Source: Bacillales bacterium UBA743 (lineage in GTDB: Bacteria; Bacillota_I; Bacilli_A; RFN20; CAG-826). From it: a stretch of 64,000 nt of DNA. The DNA is taken from assembly GCA_002297365.1 (NCBI GenBank), contig DBKT01000011.1, positions 18,650 to 82,649 on the forward strand, written 5' to 3'. Positions 1-9,686 of this stretch are shown one piece after another (the first letter of the stretch is position 1; every line of letters starts with the position of its first letter). The notes under the pieces were generated by a model. That model saw nothing but the letters and a program-made list of their open reading frames with translations, made no database searches and was not told where the DNA came from. The position numbers and the translations under genes were made by a program.

Positions 1-2039
1 AAAACGCGATTGGTCACTTTATCTGCCGCTTTCATCGTGGAAAGAATAGAATTGTTCAGATAATCGTAAGTGTCGGATATTTGGAACTCTTTTTTAAGAT
101 TCTCATTCGTATTTTCATCTAGGGTAATGACAGGGCTCAATTGATCCTCATCACCAACAAGAAGAAGGCCTTTCGCACGAGAAATAGGAATAAGAGAATG
201 CGCAATATCGGCTTGGCCCGCCTCATCCATAATCAAAAGATCAAAGAAAAAATCTCCATCCCCTAATCTTGAAGCGGAAATGTTGGTCGTGAATATCAAA
301 GGGAATACGTCTAGAAGAAGTTCAAGATTTTCATTTCCAGAAAGAAAGGAATTGAATTTCAAGGCTCTTTCATGAGGATCTTCAAGAGAAACGATATCAT
401 GAAGCGCATCATATTTCGGAGAATGAAGTTTGGCTAAATGTTTCAAAGAAGAGCAATAGAGATATTTCAAAGCGTCTTTATCCTCTTTCAAGGAAACGAA
501 ATGAGATATGATGTCTTTCTCACTCACGTAAGGAATCTCTTGTATTTGCTTTTGAAGCAAGGGTTTTTGTTTTCTTATGATGGAACTTCTTGCGCCCATC
601 TTTTCGACTTTTTCTAGGAATGCCAGGTTTTCCTTTGCGACACGACGTTTCTGGAAATTTGTCAGAGCAATAACCGCTTCTCTATTTTTGCTAAGAACCT
701 TCTTCCTTAAGGCTTCAAGCTCATTTAAGGAAAGATCGTTTTCTTCGTCTTCTATCTCAAAAGCAGCGCGAATTTGGAGGGTCGTTTCCCCTACCTTAGC
801 TAAATTTCCTAAGCGTAAGAAAGGGAATGGGATTTTATGATTTTCATAAGAAAAAGATAATTTCTCCACTATTCCGTCAAGGGGACGATTGTTATTCGTG
901 GAAACAAGAACCGTCTTTTTGGCAAAGAAGGCGGAGAGTATCGTGTTGAATATCGTTTGTGTTTTGCCTGTTCCTGGCGGTCCTTGAACATAGGTTACTT
1001 TGTTTTTCAAAGCTCCGTAAATAAGCAATGCTTGATCTACGTTCACTCGGTCATCAAAAAGAACGATGTTGGGAAGAATATGCCCATTGTTAGAGAGGCT
1101 GGAATTCCCGAAAAAGGCTTTCAATGGAGCGTTTAATGCATTCGCATTCCATCTTTCTTCAATCTTTCCAAAAAGCTCCGCAAAGTTGAGCTGAAAATCT
1201 CTTTGAAGGCAAAAGAAGTCAGGACGTGTATTGATTTTCTCAGAAGAAGAAATGCTTTGGCGAAGAATTTCAACCATTCCATCAAAGTCATTAAGGAGAA
1301 AATCCTTGAATTCAAACGGGTTTAGCTCGGTATAGGAATATAGAGAATGCTTGACCCCCTCAATCAAGAATGATTGATTGATTTTCAATCCTCCTTTGAT
1401 TTTTATCTTTTTGTCTTTTGGAGAGAAGAAAACATTCTGATAGGCGACGATATATTTCTTAGGCCCCTCGTCAATGGAAAGATGGGAGAGGGCCAGTTCC
1501 GATTTCTTATTCTCCCACTCATTCAAATCTTGACGAATCACATAACGAACAAGTTGATGAATTTGCTGGTCCGTAAGCTCCAACTCTTTTTCTTTTTCGA
1601 GAATCGAAGCGTCAATTCCATCTACCATGGAATAATTTTTGATATAGGGATCCGAATCCGCTTCACAACATTTTTCTAAGTACTGAAGAATGTTGTTATT
1701 GAAATTCTCAAACTTCAGCCAAGAAAAATCTTTCAAATGCTCATTGATTTTCCTAACGAGCTCTTCGTTGTATTTTCCCATCGTGAAAGAAAGAACCTTG
1801 GCATCTAGAATTCTTTCGTAGGCTAGGGTTAGGTCAATCGTGTCCACCCCTTTGTATTCATTAAAGACACTGACGAAAAGTTTTTTCTGCTTTGGATCGA
1901 TATCATTTACGAAACACCAAAAAGTCGTGTTTCTTTTTTCTTTAAAAGAATTGTAGACGACATGAAGCCATTTTCCTTCTTTGATAGAGAGGGAGATTTC
2001 TCGAGCAATCACGTTCTCTTTTGCTTTGTCTTGTTTCAT
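1..2039 (-). CDS. SF1 Upf1/DNA2-like helicase. N-terminal ~680 aa lie in the window; the C-terminus runs off the window start. An uncharacterised ~340-aa N-terminal domain precedes the helicase core.
   Basis: Manual minus-strand translation from ATG at 2039 with an in-frame stop just upstream. The ORF is missing from the track because it leaves the window. Walker A VTYVQGPPGTGKT maps to ~975-1013, motif II LLIMDEAGQA to ~215-240, and motif III LVGDEDQLSP follows. No recognisable nuclease motif in the N-terminal domain. Confidence 0.7.
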   Translation of the reverse strand, partial: MKQDKAKENVIAREISLSIKEGKWLHVVYNSFKEKRNTTFWCFVNDIDPKQKKLFVSVFNEYKGVDTIDLTLAYERILDAKVLSFTMGKYNEELVRKINEHLKDFSWLKFENFNNNILQYLEKCCEADSDPYIKNYSMVDGIDASILEKEKELELTDQQIHQLVRYVIRQDLNEWENKKSELALSHLSIDEGPKKYIVAYQNVFFSPKDKKIKIKGGLKINQSFLIEGVKHSLYSYTELNPFEFKDFLLNDFDGMVEILRQSISSSEKINTRPDFFCLQRDFQLNFAELFGKIEERWNANALNAPLKAFFGNSSLSNNGHILPNIVLFDDRVNVDQALLIYGALKNKVTYVQGPPGTGKTQTIFNTILSAFFAKKTVLVSTNNNRPLDGIVEKLSFSYENHKIPFPFLRLGNLAKVGETTLQIRAAFEIEDEENDLSLNELEALRKKVLSKNREAVIALTNFQKRRVAKENLAFLEKVEKMGARSSIIRKQKPLLQKQIQEIPYVSEKDIISHFVSLKEDKDALKYLYCSSLKHLAKLHSPKYDALHDIVSLEDPHERALKFNSFLSGNENLELLLDVFPLIFTTNISASRLGDGDFFFDLLIMDEAGQADIAHSLIPISRAKGLLLVGDEDQLSPVITLDENTNENLKKEFQISDTYDYLNNSILSTMKAADKVTNRV

Positions 2040-2324
2040 ATCATCCCCATATCGGTAATATGATACCAATCCGTCAAGTGTTTTGGGAATTTATTTCAAG
2101 TGATTCGAAAAAGAGACATGGCGAAAGAGACCACCGTGACAACGGTAGGACGCTCCAGACGATTTACATCTATGTGAGGGAAAGAGTTCGATCGGGGTCG
2201 CGCAGGGAATCTATGCCCAAAAGACGAGCAAAGCCAAATACGAGAGAAAGCAAAAGAAAACCAAAGAGGAAAAAGCAAAAAGAAACGATAAAAGCGTCTG
2301 CAAAACGTTGGTTGCCGCAACCGT

Positions 2325-4460
2325 TTACGATACTTGCTTGATAGACAATGAAATACGTTTCCTAGGAAGGTCAAGAGCAATGACCTTAACCTTGACGATT
2401 TGACCAAGCTCCAACTCGTCACTTGGATGTTTTATGAAATGGTCGGCAATCTCGGAAATGTGGACCAGCCCGTCTTGATGAACGCCTATGTCAACAAAAG
2501 CCCCGAAATCAGAAAGATTACGAACCGTTCCGTTTAGTATCATTCCAACTTGCAAATCTTTGATGTCTTTGACTTTGTTGTCTAATTCCGCAGTTACCGC
2601 TTTTTCGCGTGGGTCTCTGCCTGGTTTCTTTAGCTCTTCGATGATGTCTTTCAAGGTGTATTCGCCAATGCCGAGTTCTTTAGAAAGAGAGGGAATATCC
2701 AAAGGATAATTGAGTTTTGCATTGGATTTTTCCGTTCCCAAATCCGATAAGGAAACGCCCACTTTCTTTAAAAGAACATAGGTTGCTAAATAATCCTTGG
2801 GGTGAACGGCGCTGCGTTCTAAAGGGTTCTCGTTTTCTATGCGGAGGAAACCTGCCGCATCTAAGAAAGTCTTTTGCCCAAAGCCTTTTACCTTTAATAA
2901 ATCTTTTCTCTCTTTGAATGGGCCATGCTCATCACGATATGCAACAATGGCTTTAGCACTTCGTTCGTTTAGCCCTGAAACGTATTTCAAAAGAGAGGGC
3001 GAAGCGGTATTTAGCCATACTCCCACCTCATTTACCGCATCAATGGTCGTGTCTCCCAATGTTTGTTTTAAACGATTCACATCCATGTCGTGCTGATATT
3101 GGCCAACACCAATGGATTCTGGCGGGATTTTAACGAGTTCTGCCATAGGGTCAAGAAGCCTTCTCGCTAAGGAAACCGACGATCTTTCTTCAATGTCCAT
3201 ATTCGGGAATTCTTGAATAGCTAAGGGTGAGGCGCTATAAACGCTGGCTCCTGATTCATTTACGATGGCGATATGCACATTTTCAAGACGGCTTTTCTTT
3301 AAGAAAGATTCAAGGAAAGACTGGCTTTCTCTGCTGGCTGTTCCATTTCCTAAGGCAATATAGTCATATCCATATTTTTGATATAAAGAAAGCAATCTTG
3401 CTTCAGCGTCTTTTTCTTTTCCCACGGTAGGATAGATTATTCCCGTGGATAGGACTTGGCCATTCGCATCGATAAGAGCCAGCTTACAGCCGTTTTTATA
3501 TCCCGGATCGAAACCAAGGATTTGTTTGTCTTTCAAAGGAGGGGCCAATAAAAGCTGTTTTAAGTTTTTAGAAAACAAAGCGAGGGAGGAGTCTTGTGCT
3601 TTTTCAAAAAGCTCTTTGGTGATTTCGTTTTCTAATGATGGGCCTGTCAAACGGTCGTAGGAATCTTCCACTATCTTTTCCAAATAAGTAGAGAAGGAGG
3701 AATCCCTATGAATGATTTTTCTTTCGATATGATGGCAAATGGTAAGCTCATCATAGCTAAAAGAATAAGAGAGTTTCTTTTCTTTTTTAGCGCGTAGCAA
3801 AGCTAATATCTGATAAGACTTGATGCGGGAGATTGGACATTCAAACTGATTGTAATTCTGGTATTTGTTTTCGTTATCTTCTTTGGTTTGTTTAGCTTTG
3901 ATTTTTCCCGTTTTATAAATGTATTCCTTGGCGTAGAGATAAAAATCGGGGTTATCCGATATATTCTCAGCCAGGATATCCATCGCGCCTTGTAAGGCGT
4001 CTTCTAAAGTGGGAACGTCTTTTTTTAAAAATGTCGACGCGTATTCTTTTAAAGAAGAAAGGTCACCTTGTTGTTTTAAAAGGTACTCTGCTAAAGGCTC
4101 CAATCCTTTTTCTTTCGCTATAGATCCCCTTGTTTTTCTTTTTGGCTTATAGGGGCGATAAATGGCCTCTAAAAGAGACAAACTCGTGCATGTCTCCACT
4201 TTTTCTCTTAATTCCGGAGTTAGTTTGCCTTGCTCTTGAATAGATGAGAGAACGGTTTTCTTTCTCTCTTCAAGCTTCTCGAATTTCTCTTTTTCTTCTG
4301 CAAAAGCACGCAATGTCACGTCCGAGAGGTTTCCGGTTTCTTCCTTCTTATAACGGGCAATAAAGGGGATGGTCGCGCCTTCCTCTAAAAGACGAAGAGT
4401 TGCCTCTGCCTGTTTGAAGGAGATATTTAAAACGTTAGATAAATGTTGAGCGATTTCCAT
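2325..4460 (-). CDS. tex: Transcription accessory protein Tex (YqgF/RuvC-like, HhH and C-terminal S1 domains)
   Basis: 711-aa ORF. Typical Tex N-terminus MEIAQ...ISFKQAEATLRLLEEGATIPFIARYRKE-like. C-terminal S1 motif GMILNGTVRNLSDFGAFVDIGVHQDGLVHISE. Confidence 0.85.
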   Translation of the reverse strand: MEIAQHLSNVLNISFKQAEATLRLLEEGATIPFIARYKKEETGNLSDVTLRAFAEEKEKFEKLEERKKTVLSSIQEQGKLTPELREKVETCTSLSLLEAIYRPYKPKRKTRGSIAKEKGLEPLAEYLLKQQGDLSSLKEYASTFLKKDVPTLEDALQGAMDILAENISDNPDFYLYAKEYIYKTGKIKAKQTKEDNENKYQNYNQFECPISRIKSYQILALLRAKKEKKLSYSFSYDELTICHHIERKIIHRDSSFSTYLEKIVEDSYDRLTGPSLENEITKELFEKAQDSSLALFSKNLKQLLLAPPLKDKQILGFDPGYKNGCKLALIDANGQVLSTGIIYPTVGKEKDAEARLLSLYQKYGYDYIALGNGTASRESQSFLESFLKKSRLENVHIAIVNESGASVYSASPLAIQEFPNMDIEERSSVSLARRLLDPMAELVKIPPESIGVGQYQHDMDVNRLKQTLGDTTIDAVNEVGVWLNTASPSLLKYVSGLNERSAKAIVAYRDEHGPFKERKDLLKVKGFGQKTFLDAAGFLRIENENPLERSAVHPKDYLATYVLLKKVGVSLSDLGTEKSNAKLNYPLDIPSLSKELGIGEYTLKDIIEELKKPGRDPREKAVTAELDNKVKDIKDLQVGMILNGTVRNLSDFGAFVDIGVHQDGLVHISEIADHFIKHPSDELELGQIVKVKVIALDLPRKRISLSIKQVS

Positions 4461-4536
4461 GATGAAAATGATACAAAACCTTGAGGGAATAGACTATGTC
4501 ATAATTATGGCTTTTTAATGCTAAGCAACAAGGAAA

Positions 4537-6657
4537 TCAAGAATGGAAAAGCAAGTCGCCATACGTTGGAACTGGCCAGATTTCTTTCGCGACAAGAAGC
4601 TCCGCTTCATCGATGGATTTTCTAAGATTCGCCATTTCCTCTTTGAGCGTTGTCGCCGCAAAGAAGGCGTGTTCTTTTTCTTCGGCGTTTTCTTTTGCGT
4701 CTTCTTTGATGAAGGAATCCAAACGTTTCAAGGAAGAATAGGCGTCGTTGAGAACTTTTTCCAAAGCTGTTTTTTCCTCAGAAATGGCTTTGAATCCATC
4801 CTTGTAGAATCCCTTGTAGAATCCGTCTAGCTGAATCATCTCTCTTAACGCCTTATGGATGGCTGGCAAATAGAGCTTATGGACCATGCGGGACATGGTT
4901 TTCGCTTCGATGATCGCTTTCGAATGATAATCTTGGTATTTAATCGTCTTTCGAGAGTCGATTTCCGTTTCAGAGAAAATATGGCTATTGATCAAAAGAT
5001 CACGATTTTCTTTGCGTTCTAGAGCCGCGATCGCTTCAGGAGCGCTTCTAAGATTTGGAAGGCCGCGTTTTTCGGCTTCTTTTTCCCACTCTTTGGAATA
5101 ACCGTTTCCATTAAAAATAACCCGTTTGTGTTTTCGGATGGTTTCTTTAACCCATTCTATGGCTGTTTTTTCTTTATCTTCGGCTTTTTCCAACAAGGAG
5201 GAGACTTCGTTAAGGCCTTCTCCCAGCACCGCATTCAAATAAGTGTTCGGCTCAGCGATGTTTTGCTCGCTCCCAACCATACGAAACTCAAAACGGTTGC
5301 CAGTGAAGGCAAATGGCGAGGTTCTATTGCGATCGGCATCATCCTTTAAGAGAGTTGGCAAGCCTTTGCTTCCATTGATCTTCTCCTTAGAAAGCCCGTT
5401 GCAATTCGCCGCATTGGTGGTTTCTCCTTCAAGGAGTTTGCTTAGGCGATCGCCAAGATAGATACTGATGATTGCCGGAGGAGCCTCATTGGCGCCTAAG
5501 CGGAAATCATTTCCATAAGAAGCGACAGACTCTCTTAAAAGATCGGCATGGATATCAACCCCACGAATGATGGCAGCCATGAAAATCAAGAAAAGAAGGT
5601 TATTCTCGGGATCTTTCCCCGGCGAAAAGAAATTAATGCCCGTATCCGTCCCGACAGACCAATTGTTATGCTTGCCAGAGCCGTTGATTCCTTCGAAGGG
5701 CTTTTCTTCGAGCAAGCAAATCATGCCATGACGTTTCGCGATACGTTTAAGAAGCCTCATAACGAGCTGATTCTGGTCAGCCGCTAAGGAGGAAGGAGCG
5801 TAAATGCAAGCAAGCTCATGCTGAGATTGCGCGACTTCGTTATGCTCTGTTTTAGCGGGAATTCCCAATTTCCAAAGAACGTCGTTGACTTCCTTCATGT
5901 AAGAGGAGATTTTTTCTCTGATTGGACCGAAATAATGGTCGTCTAATTCTTGGCCTTTCGGAGCGCTTACGCCAAAAAGCGTGCGACCCGTGTATACAAG
6001 ATCTTTTCTTTTTAAATATTCTTCTCGATCCACGAGGAAATATTCTTGCTCGGGACCAGCATAGGAATAAACGCGCTTGGCAGTCTTATCTCCTAGAAGG
6101 CGCAAGAGACGCAAAGCGGAATCAGAAAGATATTCTTCTGAACGCAAAAGCGGGGTTTTGCCGTCGAGCGCTTCGCCATTATAGCTGCAAAACGCAGTCG
6201 GAATATAAAGGACGGCGCCATCTTCATCGTCTTCTAAAACAAAGGCGGGGCTCTGAGCGTCCCAAACGGTATAGCCTCTTGCTTCAAAGGTAGCGCGAAG
6301 TCCGCCAGAAGGGAAAGAGGATGCGTCTGGTTCCCCTTTAATCAATTCGTTTCCCTTAAAGTCATAAGCGATCTCGCCAAGAGCGTTTGGTTTCCCAATA
6401 AAGGCGTCATGCTTTTCAGCGGATAAGCCATTCAGAGGCTGAAACCAATGGGTGTAATGGGTTGCTCCTTTGGAAAGAGCCCACTTCAGCATCCCCGTAG
6501 CGATTTCATCAGCGTAGGAGTGATCGAGCTCTTTTCTTTCCTCGATCGCTTCCTTTAAAGCAAGGTAGGCTTCATTGGAAAGAAATTCTTTCCTTGCTTT
6601 ATCGTTGAAGACATTCGAACCAAACAACGAAATAACATCGGATTTGTTTTTGCTCAT
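4537..6657 (-). CDS. glnN: Glutamine synthetase type III (GlnN)
   Basis: 706 aa. Length and N-terminal region (FGSNVFND...KEAIE...) are typical of GSIII. Catalytic-domain-like segments are present. Confidence 0.8.
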   Translation of the reverse strand: MSKNKSDVISLFGSNVFNDKARKEFLSNEAYLALKEAIEERKELDHSYADEIATGMLKWALSKGATHYTHWFQPLNGLSAEKHDAFIGKPNALGEIAYDFKGNELIKGEPDASSFPSGGLRATFEARGYTVWDAQSPAFVLEDDEDGAVLYIPTAFCSYNGEALDGKTPLLRSEEYLSDSALRLLRLLGDKTAKRVYSYAGPEQEYFLVDREEYLKRKDLVYTGRTLFGVSAPKGQELDDHYFGPIREKISSYMKEVNDVLWKLGIPAKTEHNEVAQSQHELACIYAPSSLAADQNQLVMRLLKRIAKRHGMICLLEEKPFEGINGSGKHNNWSVGTDTGINFFSPGKDPENNLLFLIFMAAIIRGVDIHADLLRESVASYGNDFRLGANEAPPAIISIYLGDRLSKLLEGETTNAANCNGLSKEKINGSKGLPTLLKDDADRNRTSPFAFTGNRFEFRMVGSEQNIAEPNTYLNAVLGEGLNEVSSLLEKAEDKEKTAIEWVKETIRKHKRVIFNGNGYSKEWEKEAEKRGLPNLRSAPEAIAALERKENRDLLINSHIFSETEIDSRKTIKYQDYHSKAIIEAKTMSRMVHKLYLPAIHKALREMIQLDGFYKGFYKDGFKAISEEKTALEKVLNDAYSSLKRLDSFIKEDAKENAEEKEHAFFAATTLKEEMANLRKSIDEAELLVAKEIWPVPTYGDLLFHS

Positions 6658-6681
6658 GGATGTGACCTCTTATGAAATATT

Positions 6682-6829
6682 GGATGCGTTTTTCTTGCAT
6701 CCCATGGTTCTTTATTTTCGCTTATTTGAAGAAAATGTACATAAAAATTTTAGGAAGCCTAAAAATTTTTTCTTACGAGGCCATAGCAAAGCAAATTGCA
6801 AATTAAAAAACCGGTTTTGCCCGGTTTTT
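6682..6829 (-). promoter_or_regulatory. Structured 5' leader of glnN. One hairpin (GGATGC-N9-GCATCC, 6682-6702) sits just upstream of the RBS. An 8-bp AAAACCGG/CCGGTTTT hairpin (6807-6828) has a terminator-like U-tail.
   Basis: Inverted repeats read directly from the sequence. Position is relative to the glnN start at 6657 on the minus strand. Confidence 0.3.
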
Positions 6830-7011
6830 GATGCGAAATAAATGCTACGTGTCAATTAATGTTTTTCGTCGCAAAGCATAACGATTCCGGCGACGAGGCT
6901 AACAAAGAGCAAAGTGCAAACCTTGAATCCCGTAGTGAGCTTTTCCTCCTCTTTTAACAGAACGTTTTTATTTTATCCCCATCATCATTATAGTCAAGGC
7001 GTTGCCCCCTT

Positions 7012-8637
7012 TTGTCTAAATGCATATCAAATATTGTTACAGGCGTTATTGATTCAAAAGCAATACAATCAATATGTATGAGTTTCACCTTTATTTCTGC
7101 CACAAAAAAAGAAACGGATAAACGGGACTTGGCCTATCTTCAAGTGGATGATAGCCTTCGGCTTATAAAAGAAGACGTTCTTTCTTTTGAAGCGAGTAGC
7201 AAGGAGATTCACGATCTTTTAACCAATCAGGAAACGGGCGTGATTGCTTGGAATGGGTATGATGATTGCCGTCTTTTGTTAGATGAATTTAAGAAAATAG
7301 GCATAGAGCCTTTTGACTTTCAGCTTCTTGACGTTCGATATATGCTTAACGTCATCGAAGAAGATGACGATGAATACGAATTGGAATCCTTTATTCCTTT
7401 ATCCATTCAGAAGAAAGAAACTCATTCCTATCCATTGAAGAAATGTTATTTCATTTTATATGCTTTGAAGAACATCCTTTTTTCCCTTGGAGAGAATTTT
7501 GAGGCGTTTCTCAACAGAAATGATTTCGAATCCTGCTTCTATTATTCCCTTGATGCGTATTTAGGGGTCAATCCGAAAGACATTTATAATTCCCAGCTTG
7601 CCGTAAAAGAACTTCTGGAAAAAGATATCGACCATTATGTGTTTTTTGATTTCGAGTGCGCCAATTGCCTGAATAAAATAGGAAAAATATGCGAAATAGG
7701 CGCGCTCATAACAGACGCCTCTTTGAATACCATCAAAGAAATACATCACCCCATCAATCCGAACAGTGAGTTTCATCTTCTTTCTAACGACAAGATACAT
7801 GGTCTTCACCTTTTTTGGGAAGCGAATGACTATGAAGCCTATCGAAAGGCACCCGCTCTCCCCTATTTCTACGACGAATTCAAAACGCTGTTTTCAGATG
7901 GGAGAGCCATTTATGTAGGCCACGCTGTCGATAATGACATTTCCTTCCTTTATACGGATTTGAAAAGAAATGGCTTAGAGGAGTTTTTGGTTCGGGCGAT
8001 TGACACTCAAAGAATGTACCGAAAGCTAATCGACAAAACGAGCAAAAAGAGCATTAGTTTGGAAAACGCCTTAGTCGCTTTGCTTGGCGAAAATGAGCTT
8101 ATGAAATACACCCCGCATAAATCTTTAGACGATGCAAAAATGACGCTCGCTGTTTTTAGGGCCATCCTAGAAAAATCCGAAATGACTTTAGAAGAAATTT
8201 TAGCCATGTATCCGGGTTGTTTAAGAAGCACGGAGCAAATCGATCTATCTTTCGCCTTAAAAGAAGCGAAGTATGTCTTTCCTCTACCTTATAATTCCAC
8301 GTCAATCGTCCTATCCTCGCCAGAAGATCTTTATTGCGGCTACACCGCAGAGAATACCAGCGAAAGAATCTATCTTGAAGCGTGTCGCGACGATTTTGAG
8401 AAATCGGGAATCGAAACTTATAAAGGAGGAAGATTCTTTTTCCAAAATTTCATTAAAAAACGAAATGCCTATGAGGTCGAAGAAATGATATCTAGAGTGA
8501 AAGAAATGGGCGGAGTGCTTGTTAAGAACCCTCTTTATGCGGATGTGATTGTTTATGAGAAAACAATCGACATAAAGAATCTTCTACACAAGAAAAGCGT
8601 TTCCGTAAATGAGCTGCTTTCTGAAAAAGGCCGATAG
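7012..8637 (+). CDS. DnaQ-like DEDDh 3'-5' exonuclease with a degenerate N-terminal exonuclease-like duplicate and a C-terminal BRCT-like tail
   Basis: Exo I FFDFECAN...EIGAL. Exo II VGHAVDNDISFLYTD. Exo III HKSLDDAKMTLAVFRAI. The N-terminal region repeats the pattern (AWNGYDDCRLL) without the catalytic residues. The track start at 7012 is TTG; the first ATG is at 7078 (MSFTF...) and has no clear RBS. Confidence 0.55.
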   Translation: MSKCISNIVTGVIDSKAIQSICMSFTFISATKKETDKRDLAYLQVDDSLRLIKEDVLSFEASSKEIHDLLTNQETGVIAWNGYDDCRLLLDEFKKIGIEPFDFQLLDVRYMLNVIEEDDDEYELESFIPLSIQKKETHSYPLKKCYFILYALKNILFSLGENFEAFLNRNDFESCFYYSLDAYLGVNPKDIYNSQLAVKELLEKDIDHYVFFDFECANCLNKIGKICEIGALITDASLNTIKEIHHPINPNSEFHLLSNDKIHGLHLFWEANDYEAYRKAPALPYFYDEFKTLFSDGRAIYVGHAVDNDISFLYTDLKRNGLEEFLVRAIDTQRMYRKLIDKTSKKSISLENALVALLGENELMKYTPHKSLDDAKMTLAVFRAILEKSEMTLEEILAMYPGCLRSTEQIDLSFALKEAKYVFPLPYNSTSIVLSSPEDLYCGYTAENTSERIYLEACRDDFEKSGIETYKGGRFFFQNFIKKRNAYEVEEMISRVKEMGGVLVKNPLYADVIVYEKTIDIKNLLHKKSVSVNELLSEKGR

Positions 8638-8671
8638 CCCGTTTCAAAAAGAGAAGGGACGTGTATCAATT

Positions 8672-9664
8672 TCAATTGAAAAACTCGTTTTTCTTATCGC
8701 GAGAGAGAAGAGACTGAGCGGTTTCTTTCGCGTCTTTGTTGAGAGCTATGATTGCATGAACGCCATAAATGATGGGCATATCAATTTGATATTTGTCGCA
8801 AAGCTCTTTTGCGGCATCAAGAGAAAGCATGCCTTCGACTACCATGCCTACTTTATCAACCGCTTCTTTAGGGGTATAGCCTTGTCCAATATAATTGCCG
8901 GCTTGATTGTTGCGACTATGTTTGCTTGTGCAAGTGACGACAAGATCCCCTAATCCGGCTAAGCCAGAGAAAGTATTTGGATCGCATCCCATCGCGACCC
9001 CTAGTTTCCTTAATTCATGGACGCCTCTGGTGATCAAAGCCGCTTTGGCGTTATCGCCATAGCCAAGGCCATCGGAAATGCCACAGGCTATCGCAATGAT
9101 GTTCTTGAAAGCCCCGCAAAGCTCACAGCCCTTCCTGTCTGCGTTGGTATACACGCGAAAGGAATCGCCATGGAATATTTCTTGGGCCTTTTTGGCGTTT
9201 TCGAGGTTCTTACAAGCCGCAACGATGCAAGTTGGCAAGGAAAGCACCACTTCCTCAGCGTGCGTGGGTCCGGTCAAAGCAACCACTTCATCCTTGATTC
9301 CCAATACGTCTTCAATGATTTCGGAGGTGGTTAGCAAACTTTTTTCTTCAATGCCTTTTGCTAGATCGATGATAAGTTGTCCGCCATAATAAGGCTTTAT
9401 TTGTTCTGCCGTTTTTCGAATGTAGGTGGATGGAGTCGCGAAAACAATAACCCCGGAATCCTTTAAGCATCTATCTAAATCAGCGGAAAAAACGATTTTC
9501 GATGAAAGAATGGCTCCCGGAAGGTTTTTATGGAGGTGGGTTGAATTGAGCAAATCGGCTTGTTCTTTTCGATGAGAATAGCAAATTACGTCCTTGCCCT
9601 TTAGCGCCAAAAGATTAGAGATCGCACTTCCCCAAGTGCCGCTTCCTAAAACGCAGATTTTCAT
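8672..9664 (-). CDS. gpsA: NAD(P)H-dependent glycerol-3-phosphate dehydrogenase
   Basis: N-terminal Rossmann MKICVLGSGTWGSA. Strong family resemblance along the full 330 aa. Confidence 0.9.
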   Translation of the reverse strand: MKICVLGSGTWGSAISNLLALKGKDVICYSHRKEQADLLNSTHLHKNLPGAILSSKIVFSADLDRCLKDSGVIVFATPSTYIRKTAEQIKPYYGGQLIIDLAKGIEEKSLLTTSEIIEDVLGIKDEVVALTGPTHAEEVVLSLPTCIVAACKNLENAKKAQEIFHGDSFRVYTNADRKGCELCGAFKNIIAIACGISDGLGYGDNAKAALITRGVHELRKLGVAMGCDPNTFSGLAGLGDLVVTCTSKHSRNNQAGNYIGQGYTPKEAVDKVGMVVEGMLSLDAAKELCDKYQIDMPIIYGVHAIIALNKDAKETAQSLLSRDKKNEFFN

Positions 9665-9686
9665 CTTTTTTCCTCCGATCCCGACT

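Noticed and set aside
2021-2422. ORFs 2021..2341 (+) and 2096..2422 (-) with Lys/Arg-rich low-complexity products
   Set aside because: They overlap the 5' end of the helicase gene and its promoter region. They have no RBS and strong low-complexity bias, and are artefacts of the AT/purine-rich sequence.
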